Of a stretch of DNA of 64,000 bases, positions 36,511 through 46,300 are shown one piece after another. Under the pieces are notes generated by a model. That model ran no database searches, had not been told where the DNA came from, and worked only from the letters and a program-made list of their open reading frames with translations. The DNA is taken from NCBI GenBank assembly GCA_037447605.1, contig CM074809.1, forward strand, positions 3,276,689 to 3,340,688. Direction: 5' to 3'. Both the position numbers and the translations under genes were made by a program. Each line of letters begins with the position of its first letter. Position 1 is the stretch's first letter. The stretch comes from Zygnema circumcarinatum SAG 698-1b. Lineage: Eukaryota > Plantae > Zygnematophyceae.

Positions 36511-37074
36511 TGGACCGTACACAGTTCGTACGCAACCAAGCTGGCTCAATTTGTCGTGTTTGCCAGCTAATCTCGACGGCGGAAACAGCCGGCCGGTCAC
36601 ACACGTGTGAGTATCGATTCCTTATACCATACTGTATTTGAAAATACCTTACCGTACGAGCGTCCGTCGGGCGATTCGGACGCAGTCCCATACAGGCCAA
36701 AACGTCCTCTCTAGTCAAATTCGCCCACTGCCCTTGCGCCGGCTGCGGCCGCCTCGACGGCTAGGCGGCGGCGTGCGGCTGCGGCGCCAGCTCAGCTCGC
36801 TTGTGCGACAAATGCTGCCGCCCCCTTTTTTTTGACACGGCCGTCGTACCAACCAGAGAAATCTTCGCCATGTCAAAAAAAAAAGTTTCAGGTCCCGCAC
36901 TCCGATTGGCCGCCTAAAATTTGGAGCGTGCCTCGAGTGATCTGTGATGCGCCTCCATTGCTTCCAATCCGTACACTATTGTATTATATCGTATGGATTG
37001 AATGGTTTCGTATCGTATTGCATCGTATCGGTGGCCTTCCAGGGCATACGGCAGCCGGCGCAGACCCGGTGCTA

Positions 37075-37095
37075 ACCCTAATTTTAACCCTAACC
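37075..37095 (+). promoter_or_regulatory. Telo-box-like elements upstream of COA3
   Basis: TAACCCTAA twice, ~80-100 nt before the ATG and followed by a CT-rich tract. This is one mismatch from the AAACCCTAA telo-box known from plant translation and organelle genes. Confidence 0.4.
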
Positions 37096-37175
37096 TTCCG
37101 CCATAGCTGCACATCCCATCCCTTACAGCTCTCTCTTTCTTCTCAGATTACGTCCGCCCGGCTGCGATAGCCGCC

Positions 37176-37358
37176 ATGGCTAAGCCCTTTGCCTCACGTG
37201 CAGGCCTTCCCTTGCAAACTCGGAACTATCTTGTAGCCGGTTCCTTGGCGCTGTTCGTAGGGGGCGTATATGTCTACACTATGCGAGCGGTAGGTGGGCA
37301 GGATGACATAGGGGATGCGGTGAAGCGGCTGGAATTGAAGGAGGATAGCACCAAATGA
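37176..37358 (+). CDS. COA3: Cytochrome c oxidase assembly factor 3-like small mitochondrial membrane protein (60 aa)
   Basis: RNYLVAGSLALFVGGVYVYTMRAVGGQDDIGDAVKRLE: a single TM helix followed by YTMRAVGG.D and a short coiled segment, as in plant COA3/Coiled-coil-56 homologues. Good start context GCCGCCATGG. Confidence 0.8.
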   Translation: MAKPFASRAGLPLQTRNYLVAGSLALFVGGVYVYTMRAVGGQDDIGDAVKRLELKEDSTK

Positions 37359-38094
37359 GGCGTGCAGAAGAGAAAGGAGCTGACATCAGGGGTTATCAGT
37401 AGTTTTATGTTTAGGCTGTGCAATCTGCGGTCTGCGAGGGAGAACGGCGGGAATCTTCGGATGGAAGTGAGGAAAATCTCAAGATATAGTGGTGACTTTG
37501 GAGGTCGAACGCGCGTGTTTGCGGTCGATTTATCTTTTTGTTTGGTGAGCATCTGATCTTTAACGCAAAATGTCGAATAGCTTATTGTCAGCAAAACGAA
37601 GAGTCTTCTCTGTTTTGTCGAGAGCATGCTGCAGGAAGTGAAGGGAAGTGATTGCCTAGAAAGTTCTAAGTGGTGCGCATTCCTTATCAGGATACGGATT
37701 TCATCTGCTTCCTTTCTACGTCTATTCAAGTGTATGCCGCATTTGGAGATGCACGTACTCTGTTTGCAGAGAGGTTCCTGTGGATATTGTGTTTCTTCCA
37801 GATATAACGTTCGCTGATTGGACTGCACTGAATTTATTTTATTGTTCGTCAGGTTGCAGGAGACATTAATGAAAGCAGCAAGACATTCTAAGCTGATTTA
37901 TCCATGGCGAATGGCTAGAAACTGCTGCATAGGATAGGTCCGCCGTATCGCGAGACTGATTTACGCTTGCATAAGGACTTAGACTATTTTTACTCAAAGC
38001 AACGGACTAGAAGCCTAAAATATTGAACCATTCAATGTTCGGTTGTTCCAATATTCTGCTTAAGCTGAAATCTATTTGGACATGTTCATTGATT

Positions 38095-38240
38095 CGCAAC
38101 CATAAGAATGGTTGGCAACTATTGGACGTCCAATGGATGCGGCCAATGGCAATGGTTGATTGGGTCCTACGCCAATGGTTGGCAACCATTGGCGTCCAAT
38201 GCTTGCAGTCATTGGCAATGGTTGGTCCAGTGGTCCGGCC
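38095..38240. repeat. Second CCAATGG/CCATTGG palindrome array, downstream of COA3 and inverted relative to the upstream one
   Basis: Contains CCAATGGTTGGCAACCATTGG (~38172); the reverse complement of 38108-38240 aligns loosely with 36410-36510. Confidence 0.72.
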
Positions 38241-38998
38241 TTTTCAATGTCGTCAAACTCCCCCTTTTCAAGACAAGTCTACTCCAAATTTTGGCTCCCA
38301 ACCAGAAAACCAGAAGTCAATTCTGGTTGAGCAGCTATAGGGTTTTTGCTGAATTTCTTGCAGTAGTGAAACATTACATTCAAAAGACTATACATCATCG
38401 TCTATTTTTCAAAAGAGTGACCTTCGACTCATGAGAGGAAAGATAATCGCCAACCTGTGTTTTTTTCACATATGGAACCCATCGCCTTTGACTTGCCATT
38501 TATTCCAGCTTTCCAGACGGTTCTACTACTCTTATTTCCGCACTAAAATGGAAATAGCCCTACGAGCCGCTCAATGCATGCGCATGCAATGTGAATCTAT
38601 CTATGGTCATTCCTCTAAAGACTGCTCGCTGCCAAGGTAAGAAGAGCACATGGGAGCACATGTACCCCATTTATTCAGTTTCCCTACTTTGCCTGAAGCC
38701 CATAATCTCGAATTCTCCGAAATAATCGATCAACAAAGCAATTCAATAGTGTACAACCTAACGCAAAAAAATCATGAATTGTGTCGTTCGCTGCGCATGT
38801 CCCATTTTCTGTAGCCAGTGCAGCAGCTACGTTCCCTTCCCTCCTCCTCGCCCCACACCGCCGCCGCGAACCTTATGCGAAACCAAATGAAATGGGACCC
38901 CTCCAGTCTGCCCCCCCTCAGATCGCTCCCCAACCCTTCCTATTACACTCAAATTTCTTCCTCTTCCTTTTCCCCCCAGCGCCTGAAGCTGAAGGGGG

Positions 38999-41949
38999 TC
39001 ACATGACCCCCTGCGTGGCCGCGTGCGCCTTGAGCCGCGCCAGCGCGAGGCGCGTGTCGGCGAGCCGCGAGTCGAACTTGGCGTGCAGGTACTCCGTGGC
39101 GCCCAGCTGCACGTGGAGGTCCGCCACGTGGGCGGGCAGCGAGGACAGGGCCGAGAACCGAGGCGACTTGGGCGGAGTCGCATACCTCGGAGAAGTCGCA
39201 TAACTTGGGGTCGCATTACTGGGCGACGCGTATCTCGGCGACGTCGCATATCTCGGCGACTTGGGCGGTGTCGCATAGCGCGATGACGTCGCATGCCTCG
39301 GCGTCGCATAACTCAGCGTCGCATTACCTGGCGACGCCGAATACCTCGGCGACTTGGGCGGCGTCGTATAGCGCGGGGACGCCGAATACTTGGGCGACTT
39401 GGGCGGCGTCGTATAGCGCGGGGACGCCGAATACTTGGGCGACTTGGGCGGCGTCGCATACCTCGGTGACGTCGCATGTCTTGGCGACGCATTACTGGGC
39501 GACGCATATCTCGGTGGCGTTGCATACCTCTGCGACCGCGACCCGGGCGTCGGGGGCTGGGGAGACCTCGACCTGCCCGAAAAACTTTCCCGCCCCTGCC
39601 CGTAATACCCACTACCCGACAAATCCGGCGGCCCGCCCTGTCCGTACACTGCGTCCTCCCACGAGTCCCTCCGTACGTGCCTCCTCGAGCCGGGCGAGAG
39701 CAGGCCCCCCAGAATCGCACCCTCGCCAAGTTGCCCTCCCCCGCAAGACGACGGCCCTAATCCGTACCGCTCGAGGCTCCCCAGGCAGCCCCGGCTCCTC
39801 CCCGCAAAAGGCGCCGCGTACCGCGCCTGCTGCTCCGCGTCCGCCTCGCGGCCTCTCCGAAATGGGCTCCGACTTGGCGCCCGTTCAGAGGGCTGCCAGC
39901 CCTCGCACGGTACTCCTTTTGGACTCGCACTCGGAATCAGGATCGGCGGCCGCCGGTCCCTTGCAGTTGCATCTTGCGCGCATGCCAGCCGTCGATCACT
40001 ACTGCATGGGATCATCTGCGACCGTCGATCTTGGCAGTCGGCGAGGTACGTGCCCGCCGTGAGCAGGCCGGCGGAGGGCGTCTCCGAGCCGTCGGCCTCC
40101 CACGAGTCCGCATCGGAGGCGGAGAGGGAGGCGGAGGAGCCCTCACGGCCAATCAGAGCGTTCCGCGTCAGCTCCACCGGCCAATGGGAGGTCTTCACGC
40201 CGCTTTGGAGCACAGGGCTCGGACATGGCGGGGCACTCCTCCGCTCGGGGGTGCGAGGCAACGCGGAGGAGGAGGGCCTCTCCCACTGCAATAATAAAGG
40301 TGAATAAACTAATAATCATCAGCACAAATTCATATGAACAGCCGAAAAGACAAAATAAAAAATAAATTAAAAAACGCAATGCCCCAAATCACCTAAAACA
40401 CGCTCTTGAAAAACATGAAACCCTACCTGAGGTTCTGGAATGACTATGCATGGGCGAATAGAGGGGCTGCGCGGCTTCCTTCCACCTCCGTCGGCCATGG
40501 CTGCCCCCCCCTTGCTGGGCTCCTCCAGCTCTAACCGCCCTATCTCCTCCACCACGCTGTCGAAGGAGAGAAGCTTTCCTGAATCTGCCTCTGAGGAGGG
40601 CCGGTAAGAGGCGCCAGGAGAGATGAGACCCGCGTCGAAATCGAAGGGGCTGTCGGGGGAGAGCGTGCGGCGGGGCTTGGGGGAGGAGCTGGGAGGGAGG
40701 TTGAGGGAGAAGGGGAGAAGGAGGTGGTTTGCGTGGGAAGCGCTTGTGGGAGAGGGCGGAGGGTAAAGGGGAGCGGAGCGGATGAGCAGCCGCGGGAAGC
40801 GGTTAACGAGGAGCTGCCAGCTGGCATGGGCCTCCTGCACCACTTTGAGCGCATTTTCCCTACTCGCCACTCTCTCGTTCAATCCGAACACATTCGGAGT
40901 ACCATCTGTTTCCATTACACAAACAGAAAACTCGCTGAGTTCACATACTACAACAAGAGATGACAGAATGAAATGCAACACATAGTACCGAAAAAAAAAA
41001 CGATCTCGTCACCATGTTGAGATTCCTAGCGAGATTTGAACTCACCACCTCTGCTGCAGCGACACATGCGCAGCCATTCCCGTAACCGTTCCGTTATGCC
41101 CGGCAGCACGCTCGGCAGATCGACCGCACTCTCCACCAATCCCGAGCACGCATCGTCCGCCCTAATCGCCAGCACCTTCCAGGAAAGTTCCAGCTGCCCC
41201 ATGCTCCTGTCAAACTCTATGAGAGCGAAGGCGCCAAGAACCTTCGCGGCGTATATCTCCCCTACCCTCGCTTCCCTTGCGCCTATCTCCAACACTTCCA
41301 TGGGTCTGCCATTGTATGGGAGCCCCCCATACTCAAGATTTGGGAGCTCCGAGTTCGCCCAAGTCTGCGGCAGCATTCCGTAATTACATGGAGCCCCCGT
41401 TGAGAAAAGGGAGGGTTTAGCTCCTGCCGCTCTGACCCTGAACCCTCCCCTCCCGCAGCCCCTGCGCGTTCCGATCACTCCTTCCAGCTCGCCTTTCCCT
41501 GCAGCACCAGGCGGAAGCTTCCCGGAAAATTCTACCTCCGAACGGCTTCCAGATACTCTGCCGCCTCCCTCCCCGCCCTCTCCCTCCTCAATAGACGCGC
41601 ATTCAAGCTCTACATACGCGCCACGTGGCGTCTTGCAGACCACCGTAATCAGAGAATCCGAGGCATGCAGGGGTAGGCCGTGGAGCGGCGAGATTTCCCA
41701 CCCCTTCCTGTCAAGGAAGCGCATGCAGTAGCCGGGCGTTCCATTCGCTCCGTTATCAGTTACCCGTGAAACTTCATTGAGCAGCGGCGACACGTGGCGC
41801 GACCCCGAATGCCGCGGGAGGCTCCCGCTGCTGCTCTGAGAGCTGGAGGAAGCTTCTCCGAAGCTGCTGGCCAAGCTCGTGAAGGAGTCGGTGTCGAGGC
41901 TGGGGAAGCGGAGCGGGCCCGAGTCCGTCTCCCACTCCGAGTTCCCCAT
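38999..41949 (-). CDS. Family-I soluble pyrophosphatase-like pseudoenzyme fused to a long disordered S/T-P repeat tail and a C-terminal helix (~889 aa; exons 41949-41046, 40905-40427, 40285-38999)
   Basis: PPase fold motifs EISPLHGLPL, CNYGMLPQTWAN, PMEVLEIG, KVLGAFALI, WKVLAIRADD, LPGITERLREWL and, across intron 1, RGD|GTPNVFGLNE...ALKVVQEAHASWQLL. Both introns are GT-AG and phase-consistent (1 and 0). Start is the first in-frame ATG after the microsatellite. Confidence 0.85.
39165..39530 (-). repeat. Coding tandem repeat (45-bp core unit) giving YSASPRYTTPPKSPK-type peptides
   Basis: GACTTGGGCGGCGTCGTATAGCGCGGGGACGCCGAATACTTGGGC is repeated exactly at 39351 and 39396, with diverged copies on both sides. 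Confidence 0.92.
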
Positions 41950-41980
41950 CTCTTGATTCGCCACGTGTCGCCAGGGGAAA

Positions 41981-42330
41981 TGAGCGAGAGAGAGAGGGGA
42001 GAGGGAGAGGGAGAGGGAGAGGGAGAGGGAGAGGGAGGAGGGAGAGGGAGAGGGAGAGGGAGAGGGAGGGAGGGAGGAGAGGGAGAGGGAGAGGGAGAGG
42101 AGGGAGAGGGAGAGGAGAGGGAGAGGGGAGAGGGAGAGGGAGAGGGAGAGAGGGAGAGGGAGAGGAGGGAGAGGGAGAGAGGGAGAGGGAGGAGGGAGGG
42201 AGAGGGAGGGAGAGGGAGGGAGGGAGAGGGAGAGGGAGAGGGAGGAGGGAGGGAGAGGAGAGGGAGGGAGAGGGAGAGGGAGAGGCAGAGGCAGAGGGAG
42301 AGGGAGAGGGAGAGGCAGAGGCAGAGGGGA
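41981..42330. repeat. ~350-bp (GGGAGA)n-type purine microsatellite immediately upstream of the pseudo-PPase ATG
   Basis: Seen directly; it is a TC-rich tract on the gene strand, probably 5' UTR or proximal promoter. Confidence 0.95.
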
Positions 42331-43346
42331 GCAGGAGAGCGAGTCCTTCCGGGAACGTTTCTTTCTCTTTAGTGGCACGCGCTGCGGCGCGGAGGGGCCG
42401 GGACTTTCGTATGGTACGGACGCGCCCGCCGGGACCGGGCGGCAGCGGGCGCGCCGGCGCCATCAAGGGCGGATCCGCGCGCGCATCGGACGAGATCGGC
42501 GATCCGAGGGGCTGTGTCGGCAGCGGTGGTCGGTGGGTGTCGGTGGTGTCGGTGAAGGCCGGGGGCGAGGGAGCGGGAGCCACGTGGCATCACGAGGGCC
42601 GATGAAGACAACGGTTTTGTGGACGGACGCCATGTGAGAAGCGTTGACCGGCAGGAGGGAGTGACACGTGGAAAGTGAGGTGACGTGGTACAAGTGGACG
42701 TTTTTGGTTGCTGGCGTTATCGGCATTTAGGGTGCTACGTTGCTGACAGACTGGCCTCAGTTACTGAAACGCTTGCCGCCAAAAGCTGTCGGGAGAAGGA
42801 TCGACGGCTGAGAGGCGATCGCGGGGCTGGAAACTTGTTTGGCATTTTTTTTTCCCACAGAAAACGACGCGCTGCTGTTGGCAGGACGTTGACGTGCGTA
42901 CAGTTTCTACCTGATAGTCTGAGACTAATACCTACCGTACGGTTTTTTTTTTTTTTTTTTTCAGAGGCAAGCCTGCTTCTTCTCTTCTCCTTCGCTCGTG
43001 TTAGGTTGCNNNNNNNNNNNNNNNNNNNNNNNNNNNNNNNNNNNNNNNNNNNNNNNNNNNNNNNNNNNNNNNNNNNNNNNNNNNNNNNNNNNNNNNNNNN
43101 NNNNNNNNNTCAGCGGGGTCGCTGTGGGGAGTCATCCGTGTCGCCCGAACTCCACGTCCCCTTTCACACCTGCCCTGCGAGTCTTGACACTTTGGGATTG
43201 ACGCGCGCACCCTCACCTACCCGCCCCCAACGGCTTCTCTCTCGCTTAATTTGATACTTTTGAACGGTTATCGCCTTTGTGCTTGATCGTGTTGCTTTTG
43301 CACGGGCGGTCACTCGGTCCCCCCATTTGTCTGCTGGGGGGCCATC

Positions 43347-46300
43347 TGTTAGTGTATAGTAGTTAGTCACTAGACAAGTTGTTGTTGGTAGATCAATTTG
43401 TGTGCCTAGGTTGTAGTGGCCTTGTGTGATGACTGGCCAGATTTACTGGGCTGTGGCATTGACTTTGGTTGGTGGAGGCTGTGGTCAGTTAGATTACCAG
43501 ACTACTACTATTTTTGAATGTGATGTGGTTGCTACGTGGATCCTTGGAGTGGATCCACATGCTATGATGGCGCTAAACCTGCTGTGGGAATCCAAATAGT
43601 GACGCTGCTGCGCTAGCCTTTGGACTGCTGATTTGCGCTTGGCGCCAGTGGCGCCAGACTTGTCGGCGCGTGACATCAGGTTGTACGGAGCTGCGTCCAT
43701 GTTTGGTGGCGTGGAGACGACGCGAGAGGACCGACGCGCCATCGATCTTGGAGGCAAGGTCAGATCCTACGGCGCAAGACGTGGACCGGATGGAAGACTG
43801 AGTCGGATCTGACGGGGCTGATGTACGGGATCCGTGTAAGTCTACTAGGATCCGACGGCGCAAGATGAGGATCGGGATAGGGCCCTTGCAGGCCGCTAGT
43901 CGATGTTGTGGAACATCGTTGCAAGATGTCACGTGTGTAGTGACATACATTTAAGGACTTGTTTCCTTGAAGGCAGAGCAGTTCATTCAGGCCGCCCAGA
44001 GTTCTGCCACGCTCGTCTCGTGCGCGACACTTACATGACCTCGTGCTGTGAGGTAGTGAGCTGTGAGATTGCTGAGCGTTCATCCCAGTGGAGACCCCCC
44101 AATGTATGAGTGAATTCACTATTAAGGGATTTTAGCCAGGAGCTTTCTCCTATTCATTTCTCTCGCTATTCCGCTGTGCATTATCTGCGCTATTTATCCT
44201 TAAGAGTGGCTACGAGTGAATGTGAGAGATTTGAAGATGTCATCGTCATTGCACGCGACTCTCCGATGGAGGGTGACCCAATGAGGAATCGGACGGCAGC
44301 AGCTGGAAGGAGTCCCTCCACCAACAAGTGGTATCAGAGCTCATGGAGACTCGGAGGACCACGTCAAGTTCAGCATTCCGGCCTTTGATGGGCAGGATTA
44401 CAAGGCGTGGAGATGGAGGTTGGTTCCCCTGCTTGTAGGCAAGGGGTTGCTTGGGTATGTTGATGGCAGCATCAAGGCGCCGGAGTTACCGGTTGGAGCC
44501 TCAGCGGAGCAGCAGTCGGAGCACGACGTGGCGCTCGCACGATGGAAAGCCAAGGACAACAAGGCCCTGACGCAGATTGTAATGAGCGTTAGAGGAAGTC
44601 CGTCCTCTATGCTTTATGATCTGAAGACCTCTCATGCCATGTGGAGATGCCTTGAAGAAATGTATGATGTAAAAGACAATGTGACGATCGTCAGTCTTTA
44701 CACGCAGCTAGGCAAGATGAAGATGACTTCAGATGAGAAACTAGAAGCTTATATGGTCAGGTTTGATGCTCTGATGGAGAGGTTCATAGCCCTTGGGAAA
44801 CCATTAGAGGCAGACCATAAGATAAGCCAGTTTCTAGGGGGTTTGACCAGTAGATTCGATGTGGCAGTGGCGGCTTTGAGGACAGTCCTGACTAATACCA
44901 CGATGACTCTTGAGCAAGTCAAGCGTAGGATAAAGGAGGAGGACTCCATTCAGGCGGTCGGCAGCCCTGAGGAGAAAGTGCTTGCGTTGCACACTCGACC
45001 GAATCGAAGAGGAGGCGCCTCGAAGTCAGCCCGAGGAGAACGCTCGGCGATTACGTGTTATACGTGTGGCAAGATCGGCCACTACTCCAGCGATTGCTTC
45101 AAGAACAGAGGCAGCCAAGAGAAGGGAGGAAACGCGACTTCATCCAGCAAGAAGGAGAAGAAGGCGTTCAGTGGCACTTGCTTCAAATGCAAGAAGAGAG
45201 GCCACAGGAGTTCAGACTGCAAGGTAGCAGTTGAGAACAACCTCATGCTGGCGGAGAATACTGAGAATGCGTTTGTTGGAAGGATTCAGGAAGAGGATCC
45301 GAAGCGGCCGTGGCTGATTGATTCCGGCGCTTCTACGCATATGTGCGGAGACACATCGATGTTCTCCAAGCTCGACGACTTGAGAAGACACGCTCAGTCC
45401 ATTCAGCAACCGGTGAAGGAGTCACCGTGACGAGAGGTGGAGCCGTGAGGATGGTACTCGGAGACGGCTCGGTCATCAATGAAGAAGACATACAAGAGAA
45501 GTTGTCAATTGGTGACGTTCTTCACACCCCTGAGCTAAAGCAGAATTTCATGTCTGTTAGCCAAGTGTGTAAGAAAGGATACAGTGTTCTGTTTGAGGAG
45601 AAGTCATGCGTGGCCATCCATACAGAAACTGGGAGACAGCTGTTTAGGGGTTATGAGAGAGGAGGGCTGTATTATCTTGATTATAAGAGGGAGAATTATG
45701 AGCATGCCAATGCAATCTCAGAGAATGCCGTAGATGTATGGCATAGAAGACTTGGTCACTTACACCATAGAGGAATGCAGCAGTTGGCTGCGAAGGGGTT
45801 AGTCCGTGGGCTAGACCCGGGTGTAGTGGAGAAGGAGCTTGGGTTGTGCCAGGAGTGTGTGGAGGGCAAGGCGCACAGGAGACCATTCGTGAGGAGTGGA
45901 GACGAGTCCTATCGAGCGCGAGAAAAGTTGGAATTGGTACATTCTGACTTGTGTGGCCCAGTTACACCGGCGACCAACGGCGGAGCACGTTACTTCGTCA
46001 CGTTCCTCGACGATTACTCGAGGAAGATTTGGATTACGCTCCTCAAGAACAAGTCAGAGGCTTTCGGAGCCTTTCGAGATTGGCTGAACCAGGCGGAGAC
46101 AGAATCAGGACAGAAGCTGAAGGCTTTGCGCTCAGACAATGGCGGCGAATTCAAATCGAAGGAGTTCGCAGAGTTCCTGAAGAACCGCGGTATAAGGCAT
46201 GAATTCTCTGCCCCCTATTCCCCTCAGAGCAATGGAGCAGCTGAGCGAGTGAATCGGACATTGGGGGACATGGCTCGGACCATGTTGATTGATTCCCCCT

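Noticed and set aside
35511-36539. 342-aa minus-strand ORF
   Set aside because: It runs antisense across the LINE fragment, repeat B and the CCAATGG arrays; no recognisable domain and composition follows the repeats.
39205-40062. 285-aa plus-strand ORF with WATWAASYS repeats
   Set aside because: Antisense shadow of the GC-rich repeat exon of the pseudo-PPase; no supporting splice or start context.
41774-42583. Long Pro/Ser/Leu or Gly/Glu/Arg ORFs (41774-42583 -, 41794-42372 +, and the 5' part of 41026-42378 -)
   Set aside because: They are stop-free read-throughs of the GGGAGA microsatellite and have no domain features.
45343-45430. Programmed gag-pol frameshift in copia-1
   Set aside because: The shift falls after the protease motif, there is no slippery site, and copy 2 is in frame at the same position. 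It is a 1-nt deletion or sequencing error.
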